The notes under the pieces are model-generated. The model had not been told where the DNA came from. It saw only the letters and a list, made by a program, of their open reading frames with translations, and ran no database searches. Shown here piece by piece: positions 49,608 to 59,348 of a stretch of DNA of 64,000 nucleotides. The position numbers and the translations under genes were made by a program. Position 1 is the first letter of the stretch. The number at the start of each line of letters is the position of its first letter. The DNA comes from an uncultured delta proteobacterium (lineage in GTDB: Bacteria > Myxococcota_A > UBA9160 > UBA4427), in assembly GCA_963822965.1 (NCBI GenBank), contig CAWGJT010000009.1:160001-224000 (forward strand), in the 5' to 3' direction.

Positions 49608-51146
49608 TCAGCTCGTCGCGAACCGCTCGCGCAGCACGCTCTTCTCGATCTTGCCGGCGGTGTTTCGGGGTACCTGGTCGACGAGCTCCAGCTGCTCCGG
49701 AAGCTTCTGGCGGGCAAGACGCTGCTCCTTCAGGAACTCGACCATCTCCCCGAAGCCCAGCGGCTCGCCTCGGCAGGCCACCACCGCGCAGCAGCGCTCT
49801 CCCAGCGCGGGGTCGGGAAGGCCGATCACCGCCACGTCGGCGACCTTCGGGTGCATGTAGAGGAGATCCTCGACTTCCCGGGCGCTGATGTTCTCGCCCT
49901 TGCGGATGATCACGTCCTTCAGCCGACCGGTGATGGTGACGTAGCCCTCGGCGTCGAGACGTCCGAGGTCTCCGGTGCGGAAGAAGCGGTCGCCGTCGAA
50001 GGCCTCCGCGTCGAGCGAGGCGTCGAGATAGCCGCGGCAGAGCTGGGGGGCGCGCACGCGCAGCTCGCCCTCCTCGCCCGGTCCGGCCAGCGTCCCGTCG
50101 CCTCGCACGACGCGGATCTCCGTCTCGCTCGGGTTGGCCCGCCCCTCGGTCTGGGCCAGCTTCTCGTCCGGATCTCCCACGCGGTTCATGGCGAGCACCG
50201 GGCACTCGGTGAGCCCGTAGCCCGAGACGATGCCCGCGCCGCCGAGCTCCCGCTTCAGGTCGTAGTGGAGCTGGGGCGGCTTCGGGGCGCCGCCGCCCGG
50301 AAAGGCCCGGATGCGCGGGAAGAGCGGCTCGTCGGGCGCGGCGCGCTGAGCGGCCAGATAGGCCTGGTGGAACGCCGTGCCGGCACCCGCCTGGGTCACC
50401 CCGTGGCGCGCCAGCATCGGGATCGCCTTCTCGGGATCGAAGACCGCCACCGCGATGTGGGCGAAGCCTTCGAGCAGGCCCGCGATCAGCCAGCCGACCC
50501 CGCCCACGTGCGTGATCGGGAAGACCATCCCGTGTCGGTCGTCGGGCCCGAGGTCCAGGACGTCCGCCATTCCCCGGAAGGCCGCGATCAGACCCGCGTC
50601 GGTGTGCTGGGCGCCCTTGGGGTCCGAGGTGGTGCCGGAGGTGTAGAGGATCCAGCGGACCGGGGCCGCGTCCACACCGGCGGGCTCCGGCGCCGGGGGG
50701 AGACCCACCGGTTCGGCCGCGGGCAGTGCGCCGTCCACCACGAGTACCTCGAGCCCTTCGCGCTCGTCGGCCAGCGAGCGAGCCATCCCCGCGTAGTCGA
50801 AGCCCCGGAAGACCGGAGGCACGCAGACCAGGCGCGCCCCGGTCTGGTCGAGGATGAACCCGGTCTCGCGCTCTCGATAGATCGGTAGGATCGGGTTCTG
50901 CACGGCGCCCAGGCGCGCCAGCGCCGCGCACAGCAGCATCGCCTCCAGCGTGCTCGGCAGCATCCAGGAGACGGGCGTCCCGGGCCCGACGCCACGCGCG
51001 TGGAGCGCGGCGGCCACGCGCAGCGCCGCATCGCGGTAGCCGGCGAAGTCGAGACGGCGGTCGCGCTCGTCGACCACGCAGAGCGCGTCGGGCGTCGCCT
51101 CCGCCCGCTCCTCGACGAGCTGCCAGAACGTGCGATCCCGGCTCAT
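49608..51146 (-). CDS. Acyl-CoA synthetase (cyclohexanecarboxylate-CoA ligase-like)
   Basis: YTSGTTSDPKG, GYGLTE, FRTGDLG, GRLKDVIIRKGENI, GKI.K. Confidence 0.9.
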   Translation of the reverse strand: MSRDRTFWQLVEERAEATPDALCVVDERDRRLDFAGYRDAALRVAAALHARGVGPGTPVSWMLPSTLEAMLLCAALARLGAVQNPILPIYRERETGFILDQTGARLVCVPPVFRGFDYAGMARSLADEREGLEVLVVDGALPAAEPVGLPPAPEPAGVDAAPVRWILYTSGTTSDPKGAQHTDAGLIAAFRGMADVLDLGPDDRHGMVFPITHVGGVGWLIAGLLEGFAHIAVAVFDPEKAIPMLARHGVTQAGAGTAFHQAYLAAQRAAPDEPLFPRIRAFPGGGAPKPPQLHYDLKRELGGAGIVSGYGLTECPVLAMNRVGDPDEKLAQTEGRANPSETEIRVVRGDGTLAGPGEEGELRVRAPQLCRGYLDASLDAEAFDGDRFFRTGDLGRLDAEGYVTITGRLKDVIIRKGENISAREVEDLLYMHPKVADVAVIGLPDPALGERCCAVVACRGEPLGFGEMVEFLKEQRLARQKLPEQLELVDQVPRNTAGKIEKSVLRERFATS

Positions 51147-51334
51147 GCGGTCGCGCGAGGCACCGCGGCAAGGGTGCGCGGCACCCGGGCACCGGGGCTT
51201 CCGTCGGGATCGTCGAGAGCGCCCTGCATGGGCTCGGAACGTAGCACCAGCACCTCCGCCCCGTAGCCCGATCTCGGAGGGCCGCCCTTCGAAACGCTTC
51301 GCCACGCTCCGCACTCGGAGTCGCTGCGTCCCCC

Positions 51335-52222
51335 TCAGCTGTAGGCGTCGGCCAGGCCGTGCAGCTCGAGCTTGCCGAGCGCCTCGCACAGCGCGTCGGG
51401 CGTCCAGGGGTCGGCGCGCTCGACGTCTTGCGTGATCGTCAGCGGCTGGAACAGCCCGATCCGGTTGTGCTCGACGAGAAAGATCTGCCCGTTGATGTGC
51501 GCCGCCCCGGGCAGGCACAGGCTCGCGATCACGACGGCCACCTGCTCGGGGCTCTGCATCTGCGCGCGCAGGCTCTCGGCTCGCTTGCGGCCCCCCTCGC
51601 CCATCGCCCCGAGGCGGTCGAGCGCCGCGGTCACCATCGGGGTCCCGGTCGAAGAGGGGTTGACTCCATTGACGGTGATCCCGCTGCCGTCGACGTCGCG
51701 CGAGAGCCCGTTGGTCAGCCCGAACACGCCGCCCTTACCCACCGCATAGGGGAGCGTGCCGGGCATGCCGGTGATGCCGGCGCGCGACACGAGGTTGACG
51801 ATCCGTCCCCAGCCCTGCTCGCGCATCGGCACCAGCGCATGGCGCGCGCAGTAGAACGAGCCCTGCACGTGCGTCGAGACCACACGGTCGAAGGTCGCTG
51901 CGTCGATCTCCCAGGCCGAGCCCGAGAACCCGATGCCCGCGTTGTTGACGAGGACGTCGAGGCTGCCGAACTCGCGCTGGCCGAGCTCGACCATGCGGGC
52001 AGCGCCGTCCCAGTCGGTCACGGAATCGGTGTTCGCGGCCGCGCGGCCACCGGCCGCGCGGATCTCGTCGACCACCCGCTCGGCGGTCGCTGCGCCCTCG
52101 GCGTCGCGACCGATGTCGTTGACCACGACCGCCGCGCCGAGCCGCGCGAGCGCGAGGGCGGTCGCGCGGCCGATCCCCCCGCCCGCGCCCGTCACGATCG
52201 CCGTCCTGCCCGCGAGATCCAT
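51335..52222 (-). CDS. SDR oxidoreductase (peroxisomal MFE/HSD17B4 N-domain-like)
   Basis: TGAGGGIG, VVVND, NNAG, YAVGK. Confidence 0.9.
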   Translation of the reverse strand: MDLAGRTAIVTGAGGGIGRATALALARLGAAVVVNDIGRDAEGAATAERVVDEIRAAGGRAAANTDSVTDWDGAARMVELGQREFGSLDVLVNNAGIGFSGSAWEIDAATFDRVVSTHVQGSFYCARHALVPMREQGWGRIVNLVSRAGITGMPGTLPYAVGKGGVFGLTNGLSRDVDGSGITVNGVNPSSTGTPMVTAALDRLGAMGEGGRKRAESLRAQMQSPEQVAVVIASLCLPGAAHINGQIFLVEHNRIGLFQPLTITQDVERADPWTPDALCEALGKLELHGLADAYS

Positions 52223-52288
52223 GCTCCTCCGCAAGACTCTCCTGGAATTCCGACGCGCTCTCCGGCGCCGTGGGAACCCGCGCCGGGC

Positions 52289-53758
52289 CTATGCCGGGAG
52301 ACCGATGCTCTTCGTTTCCAGGTACTCGGCGAAGCCCTCGATCCCCATCTCGCGCCCGATGCCGCTCTGCTTGTAGCCCCCGAACGGCGCGTCGGGCCCG
52401 AACCAGCCGCCGCCGTTGACCGACAGCGTGCCCGTGCGGATGCGACGCGCCAGCGCGAGCGCCCGCTCTTCCGAGCCCGACATGATGCCCCCCGAAAGGC
52501 CGTAGATCGAGTCGTTGGCGATGCGCACGGCGTCGTCGTCGTCGTCGAAGGGGATCACCGCCAGCACGGGGCCGAAGATCTCCTCCCGGGCGATCGTCAT
52601 CGAGTTGTCCACGTCGGCGAAGAGGGTGGGCTCCACGTAGTAGCCCTTCGGCAGGTGCGCCGGCCGCTTGCCGCCGGTCACCAGGCGCGCGCCCTCGGAG
52701 ATGCCCTTCTCGATGTAGCCCAGCACCCGCTCTCGTTGGCGGGCGTTGATCTGCGGGCCCTGGGTGTTCTGGATGTCCATCGGGTCGCCGTACTTCACGC
52801 CCTCGAAGGAGGCCTTCACCCGTTCCAGGCCCTCGTCGTAGCGCGAGCGCGGCAGCAGGAGGCGCGTCGAGATCGCGCAGCCCTGACCGCCGTGGATGCA
52901 CACCATCCCGGCGCTCGCGAGCGCCGAGTCGAAATCGGCGTCGTCGAGGATGATGTTGGCCGACTTGCCGCCGAGCTCGAGGAAGACCTTCTTCACGGTC
53001 TCCGAGGCGGCCGCCATGATGCGCCGCCCCACGGCCGTCGAGCCGGTGAAGGTGACGAGGTCGACGCGCGGGTCCCCGGTCAGCACCTCGCCCACCGCCG
53101 CCGGGTCCGCCGAGGAGATCACGTTGAAGATGCCGGGCGGGATGTCCGTGTACTCGGCCACGACCTTCGCGATGAAGGCCGCGTTCCAGGGCGTGTCCGG
53201 CGCAGGCTTCAGCACGACGGAGTTGCCGGCCGCCAGAGCCGGGCCCACCTTCGCCAGGTTCACCTGGAGCGGGAAGTTCCAGGGCGTGACCGCGGCGACG
53301 ACGCCCACCGGCTCCTTCCAGACCACGCGGCGGCTCTTCATGCCGAAGAACTCGTGCACGGGGAGATCGCGCTCCCACTCGAAGCGATCGATGAGGTCCG
53401 TCACCCAGCTCAGGTCCCTGATCACCGAGTCGCCCTGCACGGCGTAGGTCAGCATGAGCGGTGACCCCACCTCGGCCACCGTGTGCTGGCGCAGGCTCTC
53501 CTTCTCCTTCTCGAGCCCTTCCTGCAGCTGCACCAGGCAGCGCTTGCGCAGGGCGCGATCGGTCGCCCAGCCGGTCTCGTCGAAGGCGCGACGGGCGGCG
53601 GCGATGGCCGCGTCCATGTCGGCGGCCGCCGCGTCTGCAACCTGCCCGATCACCTCCTCGGTGGCAGGATTGACATTGTCGTAGACGGCGCCCGAGCGCG
53701 CGTCGCGGAACTCGCCGTCGATGAACAGGCGCCCCTCGGGCTGGCTGAAGTCGGCCAC
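52289..53758 (-). CDS. Aldehyde dehydrogenase
   Basis: PWNFP, FTGSTAVG, LELGGKS, GQGC, EEIFGPV, PFGGYKQSGIGRE. Confidence 0.95.
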   Translation of the reverse strand: MADFSQPEGRLFIDGEFRDARSGAVYDNVNPATEEVIGQVADAAAADMDAAIAAARRAFDETGWATDRALRKRCLVQLQEGLEKEKESLRQHTVAEVGSPLMLTYAVQGDSVIRDLSWVTDLIDRFEWERDLPVHEFFGMKSRRVVWKEPVGVVAAVTPWNFPLQVNLAKVGPALAAGNSVVLKPAPDTPWNAAFIAKVVAEYTDIPPGIFNVISSADPAAVGEVLTGDPRVDLVTFTGSTAVGRRIMAAASETVKKVFLELGGKSANIILDDADFDSALASAGMVCIHGGQGCAISTRLLLPRSRYDEGLERVKASFEGVKYGDPMDIQNTQGPQINARQRERVLGYIEKGISEGARLVTGGKRPAHLPKGYYVEPTLFADVDNSMTIAREEIFGPVLAVIPFDDDDDAVRIANDSIYGLSGGIMSGSEERALALARRIRTGTLSVNGGGWFGPDAPFGGYKQSGIGREMGIEGFAEYLETKSIGLPA

Positions 53759-53809
53759 GGATGCTTCCTCTGTGTGGGATCCAGCCTCATGGTATGTGGA
53801 TTCTACGCG

Positions 53810-53948
53810 CCCCGCCGCCGGCCGGAGCTACGAGCTCCTCGGCGAATACCGCGACCAGCTGGCGCGCGCGCCGGCAGGCTGGCGCATCGCGCGCCGGCAG
53901 ATGAGGATCGTTCACGAGATCGGCGGACGAGACGTCCTCGGGCGGTAG
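53810..53948 (+). pseudogene. 3' stub of a SnoaL/NTF2-like gene
   Basis: GEYRDQLARAPAGWRIARR C-terminal signature with no start or N-terminal half. Confidence 0.55.
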
Positions 53949-54139
53949 CCCGCGAGCGCCGATCGCGATTGCGCTCCGACGCGCCGCTGCGACGGAAGGC
54001 TCCGCCGCGGACGCTCAGGGTGCGCCGTCGAGGTCCCGCCGACGGGCGGCGTGCGCGGAGTTTTCGAGCTACCCCATCGCCACCCGCGGCAACCCGGAGG
54101 GCGGGTGCCGGCCCGCGGGCCCCGAGGGGGGCGTCGGCG

Positions 54140-54919
54140 TTGCGCGTTCAGCAGCTCTTCGATCTCGACGGCCGCACCGCGCTCGTGACCGGCGGCGGTC
54201 GCGGCCTCGGCCGCTTCATCGCACTCGGGCTGGCGGAGGCCGGTGCGGACGTCGCGGTCGCCTCGCGGAAGCGCGAGAACGTCGAGGCCGTGGCCCGCGA
54301 GATCGAGCAGCTCGGGCGCCGCGCCTGGGCCCTGGAGGCGGACCTCTCCGACGAGGCGTCGATCGACGCGCTGGCCGACCGGGTGTTCGCGGAGACCGGC
54401 CGCCTCCACATCCTGATCAACAACGCCGCCGTGGCCTGGGCGGCGCCCACGCTCGACTATCCCCTATCGGGCTGGGACAAGACCTTCGCGGTGAACGTGC
54501 GAGGGCTGTGGCAGCTCTCCCAGCGCGTGGCGCGCCACATGGCAGAGAGAGGCGGCGGCTCCATCATCCACGTGACCTCCGACGACGCCTACCAGGGCGA
54601 CAAGGAGGAGCACCAGAGCATCATCGCCTACCACGCGAGCAAGGGAGCGGTCCGCAGCCTCGTGAAGGACATGGCGGTGAAGCTCGCCCCACATGGCATC
54701 CGCGTGAATGCCATCTCGCCGGGCGCCTTCCAGACCGACATGATGCGGGCGGTCGACGCGGATCCGGCCCGCCGAGCCCACATTCTCGACCGCATCCCGC
54801 AACGCCGGATCGGCGGCGAAGACGACGTGAAGGGGGTTGCCGTGTTCCTCGCCAGCGACGCCGCCGCCTTCGTGACGGGCACGACGGTGGTGGTCGACGG
54901 AGGCATGCTCGCGCTCTAG
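54140..54919 (+). CDS. SDR oxidoreductase (gluconate 5-dehydrogenase/LvaD-like)
   Basis: LFDLDGRTALVTGGGRGLG, NNA, YHASK, IRVNAISPG, VDGG. TTG start. Confidence 0.9.
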   Translation: MRVQQLFDLDGRTALVTGGGRGLGRFIALGLAEAGADVAVASRKRENVEAVAREIEQLGRRAWALEADLSDEASIDALADRVFAETGRLHILINNAAVAWAAPTLDYPLSGWDKTFAVNVRGLWQLSQRVARHMAERGGGSIIHVTSDDAYQGDKEEHQSIIAYHASKGAVRSLVKDMAVKLAPHGIRVNAISPGAFQTDMMRAVDADPARRAHILDRIPQRRIGGEDDVKGVAVFLASDAAAFVTGTTVVVDGGMLAL

Positions 54920-54972
54920 GTGCTCGCGCTCACGGGCGAGACCTCCTTCGAGCGGGCGGGAGGGGCTCTCGG

Positions 54973-55514
54973 CTACACCCGCGCCGGCAGGCTCTTCCAG
55001 CCCCGCACCGTGGATGTATGGGCCATCACGGCCTGGTCGTGATCGATCTCCCAGTCGGACCAGCGGGACAGCACCTCTTCGAGCGCGACACAGGCTTCGA
55101 GACGAGCGAGGCTGGCTCCGAGGCAGAAGTGGACGCCATAGCCGAAGCTCAGGTGGCGGACCTTCTGGCGCTGCACGTCAGGCGGTCCGGGTCCGAGAAC
55201 TGCCTCTCGTCTCGATTGGCCCCGCCACTCGATGTACTCCGGGAAGCGGCCGCCCGTGAGGAAGTCGGGCGACCCCTCGACGAGTAGGAGTCGGCCAGGC
55301 CACCGGTCTCTCCTTCTTCGAGGCTCCTCCCGGCATCGATGCGATCGCGCAGCTCCTCCTGATCCTCCTCGGGAATCCCGAGCAGCATCCCGATCACGCG
55401 CATCGGCATCTGCGAGCCGAGGTCTGCGATGAAGTCGAGGCCCCCGCGGATCAGCTCGAGCACCGAGCCTCGGGCGGAGCTGTAGGTCTACGGGTCGTAG
55501 TCGATCTCGGTCAT
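54973..55514 (-). pseudogene. Cytochrome P450 pseudogene collapsed by several internal deletions
   Basis: MTEIDYDP*TYSSARG...DFIADLG..MPMRVIG.LLG...EYIEWR / ANRDERQF.DPD / HLSFGYGVHFCLGASLARLE. About 180 codons, with no I- or K-helix. Confidence 0.85.
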
Positions 55515-55731
55515 GCTCCCACTCCTCTTCTGGCATGTGCCGGCCGGTACCGCCGTCGAAGCGAAGCCTTGTGCGCCCGTCGTCGACGCGTAGAATCAGC
55601 CGAAGACCCAACGGCCAGAACTCGGATGGCCCGACCATCCTGGCAGAGCATCGCCGCTGTTTCCCGGATCGAGCATCTCTCGATCGGCGAGGCGTGCTGC
55701 ACGGAATCGATCCACGGAGAAGGTCGAACTG

Positions 55732-56505
55732 ATGGCAATCGACTTTTCGGACATCCACCGCGAGCACCACGTCAAGATCGAGATCACGGACGGAATCGCG
55801 CTCGTGACGATGGACCGTCCCGAGCGCAAGAACGCGATCAACGCGGCGATGCATCGCGGGCTGGAGATCGTCTTCCACGAGCTCTCCCATCACCCGGACG
55901 CGCGGGTGATCGTGCTCACCGGCGCAGGCGACGTGTTCTGCGCCGGCGGAGACACGAAGGATTACGGAGGAATCCCGAGCACCCTCGCGACGCTGCGCAA
56001 TCGCGATCTCCCGTGGTCGATCGCTCGTTGCGAAGCGCCGATCCTGGCGGCGGTGAACGGCGCCGCCCGCGGTCTGGGCGCATCGATCGCGCTCCTGTGC
56101 GACATCGTCTACATGGCCGACACCGCGAGCATCGGCGACGTGCACACCCAGTGGGGCCTGCCGGCGGGTGACGGCGGCCAGGTGATCTGGCCTCTTCTGG
56201 TCGGCCCGAACATCGCGAAGGAATATCTGATGCGCGGGATCGCGATCGACGCGCGCGAGGCGGAGCGGATCGGTCTCGTCAATCGGGTGTTCGCCGAATC
56301 CGAGCTGATCGAGCAGACCCTGGTCTGTGCACGCGAGATCGCATCGCGACCGCTCGCGGGAGTTCGTTGGACGAAGCTCGCGGTCAACAAGATGCTCGTG
56401 AACCAGCTCAACCTGAGTCTGGACTTCGGCCTTGCGGCCGAGCTCCTGGCTGCGCATGGCGCCAAGACACTCACGGACATCAAGCGACGCTCAGAGGACT
56501 CCTGA
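55732..56505 (+). CDS. Enoyl-CoA hydratase/isomerase family
   Basis: RPERKNA, FCAGGD, AVNGAARGLG, GLPAGDGG. Confidence 0.9.
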   Translation: MAIDFSDIHREHHVKIEITDGIALVTMDRPERKNAINAAMHRGLEIVFHELSHHPDARVIVLTGAGDVFCAGGDTKDYGGIPSTLATLRNRDLPWSIARCEAPILAAVNGAARGLGASIALLCDIVYMADTASIGDVHTQWGLPAGDGGQVIWPLLVGPNIAKEYLMRGIAIDAREAERIGLVNRVFAESELIEQTLVCAREIASRPLAGVRWTKLAVNKMLVNQLNLSLDFGLAAELLAAHGAKTLTDIKRRSEDS

Positions 56506-56515
56506 AAGGCCGCCA

Positions 56516-57319
56516 CTAGTCGGTTCCGCCATAGGGAGCCCATTTCGGCGCGCGCTTCTCCAGGAACGCCTTCGATCCTTCCATGGGATCCGGGTGCCCC
56601 AGGTGCCGCTCGACCTGTCCGTGTGCCGCGTCGAGGCCCTCGTTCAGGCCGCGGTCCAGACTCTCCCAGATCGCGCGCTTCGTGCGCGCCAACGCCGTGG
56701 GGGAGTACTGGGCCATGACGGCGGCGACCTCTCGCGCTGCGGTCATCAGCTTGGCCGCCGGAACGACCTCGCCGACCAGGCCGAGCTCGAGCGCCTGGTG
56801 GGCGCTCAACCGCCCGTGCTTTCCGAGTAGCGCGAGCCGGAAGACGCGCTCGAGCGGAATCCTCCGCGCGAGTCCCGCTGGCTCCAGGGCCGAAGCGAGG
56901 CCCACCGCGACGTGCGTGTCGAGAAACGTCGCATGCTCGGAGGCGATCACCAGCTCCGTGTCGGCAATGAAGTGCAGCCCTCCGGCGTTGCAGATGCCGT
57001 TGACGGCCGTGATGACGGGCTTCCAGCATCGGTTCTGAAGCGCCGTGATGTGGCCGTACGGCGCCGACCGGCGATCTCCGGTCACGAGCTTCTGGCTCTC
57101 TCCCGTCGCGGTCGAAGTCACGTCCCAGCCGGTACAGAAGGCCTTCTCGCCGGCGCCCGTGAGAATCGCGCAGGAGACGTCTGGATTCGCCTCCACGTCG
57201 GCCCAGATCCTCTTGAGCTCCAGGCACATCCCGTGGTCGAAGGCGTTGAGCACTGCAGGATTGTCGAGCGTGATCGTGGCAACGCGCTCCGCCGTCTCGT
57301 AGTGCACTGTGCCGGGCAT
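56516..57319 (-). CDS. Enoyl-CoA hydratase/isomerase family
   Basis: LNAF, AFCTGWD, KPVITAVNGIC.AGG, EG..AF.EKR.P.W. Confidence 0.9.
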   Translation of the reverse strand: MPGTVHYETAERVATITLDNPAVLNAFDHGMCLELKRIWADVEANPDVSCAILTGAGEKAFCTGWDVTSTATGESQKLVTGDRRSAPYGHITALQNRCWKPVITAVNGICNAGGLHFIADTELVIASEHATFLDTHVAVGLASALEPAGLARRIPLERVFRLALLGKHGRLSAHQALELGLVGEVVPAAKLMTAAREVAAVMAQYSPTALARTKRAIWESLDRGLNEGLDAAHGQVERHLGHPDPMEGSKAFLEKRAPKWAPYGGTD

Positions 57320-57494
57320 GGCTCCTCCCTGGGTGATCCTGGCGTGGTCTGCCAGCTGGCTCGGGGCCCTGAGGATAGGAGATGGCGGACGGCTGGCCCC
57401 AATGCGTCATACAGGGCGCTTCCCGCCCGCCGCAGGCCCCGCCACTCCTCGCGGATCGTGCGAGATCGCCGGAATCAGCCCGGGCGAAACGCGC

Positions 57495-57811
57495 TCACAG
57501 ACGCCCGGTCCGGAGCGTCTCGGGCACCCAGCGCGGCGAGCGCTTCTCCGCGAAGACGCGCATGCCCTCCCGGGTCTCTTCGCCGCGCAGCGAATCGAAC
57601 CCGTGAAGAGCAGATCGCGTGCCATCGCGATTCCGACCTGGGGCGGCAGATAGGGCACATAACCCATGTCGGAGATCCCGCGAAGCACCTCGGGGGCGCG
57701 GAACGTCGCGCGTTCGCTCGCCACCGCCACGTCCGAGAGCATCGCGATCAGCAGGCCGCCGCCCTGGCAGATGCCGTTCACGGCCGCGACGACCGGAGCC
57801 CAGCTCTGGCG
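57495..57811 (-). pseudogene. Crotonase-family remnant (5' half lost, internal deletion)
   Basis: APVVAAVNGICQGGG...FRAPE...ARDLLFTG, then a jump to EGMRVFAEKRSPRW in another frame. Confidence 0.8.
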
Positions 57812-57960
57812 GCCCGTCGTGAACGGGAAGCCCGTGCTCACGTTGGTGTCCGACGTGCCCATGCCGGTCACGCTCCCCGCCGTGCCGATGAGGTCCGTCG
57901 TCGTGAAGGTCGCGCCCGTCGTGATGTCACCGCCCTGCGGTATTTCCGAGGCGGTGTTCG
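57812..57960 (-). pseudogene. Internal 149-bp fragment of a fourth surface-protein paralog
   Basis: NTASEIPQGGDITTGATFTTTDLIGTAGSVTGMGTSDTNVSTGFPFTTG aligns without gaps to paralog B (31/49 identical by hand count). Confidence 0.88.
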
Positions 57961-57983
57961 AAGGAGCCTCCCGTTCGGACCCG

Positions 57984-59296
57984 GGATTGTGCCCGGGAGC
58001 CCCCACAGCCGGTCTCGCCTGGGCCTGGGCGCCCGCATAGACTGAGCCCATGCCTTCCCATCTCCGATCCCTCCTCGCCACCCGGAGCGCGGGTCTCCTG
58101 CTGGCCCTGGCCCTCGCCACCCTCGCCCTCGGCGCCACGGCGGGCTGCTCGAAGACCCCGGAGCGATCCGACGCCCTCGCCCGTCAGGGCGCACCCCCCA
58201 CGGGAGACGTGGCCCACGCCGTGCTCGAGGCCGTGCGCATTCCCGACTCCCTCGAGCGCGTGGCCGCCCTCGCCAGCCTGCTCAGCACCCTCGGCCCCGA
58301 GGCCGTTCCCCAGGTCCGCGACGCCTTCGACTACGCCTACCCGATCCTCGGCGACGCCGAGTGGATGCTGCTCGCCGACTGGTGGACCCGATTCGACGAC
58401 CGCGCCGCCTGGAGCTGGGTCCAGCAGCGACGCGAGTACAAGAGCGCCGGCGTGCTGCGATACATCGTCCACGGCATGGCCCGGCGCGACCCCCACCGCG
58501 CCCTCGCCACCCTGCTCACCATCCGGCTCCCCGAGGAGCGCGACGCCGCCTTCGCCGAGATCGTCAAGGGCTGGTACGAGGCCGGCGGCGACGGACTGCT
58601 CGACCATCTGATCGGCATGCAGCCGGGCAGCGAACGGCAGCGCGCCATCGCCCTGCTCGTCGGCCTCAAGCTCCGCCGCGAAGGCATCGAGGCCACCCGC
58701 GACTGGGCCGAGAGCCTCGACGACGACCTCGCCCAACGCTTCAAGCTCCAGGTCTACCGGCGCGTGGCCAGCGAGCTCGCCTTCGTCGACCCGGCGGCGG
58801 CCCGAGACTGGGCCGAGGCGCACGTCGACGGACCCAACGGATCCGGCCTCTACCGCCGCGTCGCCGTCAGTCTCGCCGAGAGCGATCCCCGGGCCACCCT
58901 CGAATGGCTGCGCGGCCTGCCCGACGGGCCCGAGCGAGACGACGCGGTCAGCGAGGCCTACCGGCGCTGGCTCACGAACGACCGCGACGCCGCCATCGCC
59001 TGGATGAACGGCGCCGAGACCGAGCCCTGGCGCCAGCCGGCCCTCGAGCTGCGCGCCCTGGCCGAGACCCGCGACGATCCGAAGAAGGCACTCGAGCTCA
59101 CCCGTCTGCTCGAATCGCCCGAGCGCCGGCTCTATGCCCAGGTGAAGATCGGCATCGCCTGGCTCACCATGGACCCCACCGCGGCGCGCGCGTGGCTCGA
59201 AGGAGACACGGTCGCCCCCGACGTCAAGCAGAAGATCCTCGACCGACTCGCCAACAGCGCACGACGAGCCCGCAAGGCCGGCTGACACGCGCGGGA
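57984..59296 (+). repeat. Direct repeat copy 2 (1313 bp)
   Basis: Near-identical to 40400-41709. Confidence 0.95.
58050..59285 (+). CDS. Trp-rich helical-repeat lipoprotein, copy 2
   Basis: Identical to copy 1 except in the signal peptide (P to L, one inserted residue). Confidence 0.8.
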   Translation: MPSHLRSLLATRSAGLLLALALATLALGATAGCSKTPERSDALARQGAPPTGDVAHAVLEAVRIPDSLERVAALASLLSTLGPEAVPQVRDAFDYAYPILGDAEWMLLADWWTRFDDRAAWSWVQQRREYKSAGVLRYIVHGMARRDPHRALATLLTIRLPEERDAAFAEIVKGWYEAGGDGLLDHLIGMQPGSERQRAIALLVGLKLRREGIEATRDWAESLDDDLAQRFKLQVYRRVASELAFVDPAAARDWAEAHVDGPNGSGLYRRVAVSLAESDPRATLEWLRGLPDGPERDDAVSEAYRRWLTNDRDAAIAWMNGAETEPWRQPALELRALAETRDDPKKALELTRLLESPERRLYAQVKIGIAWLTMDPTAARAWLEGDTVAPDVKQKILDRLANSARRARKAG

Positions 59297-59348
59297 AGCC
59301 GCCGCCGGACACGAGGACGGAGCCGCCGGTCGAGACACGCCGCCGCGC

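Noticed and set aside
57407..58138. 243-aa ORF as a real fusion protein
   Set aside because: It concatenates antisense lipoprotein sequence, the paralog fragment and a broken crotonase, with no credible start or RBS.
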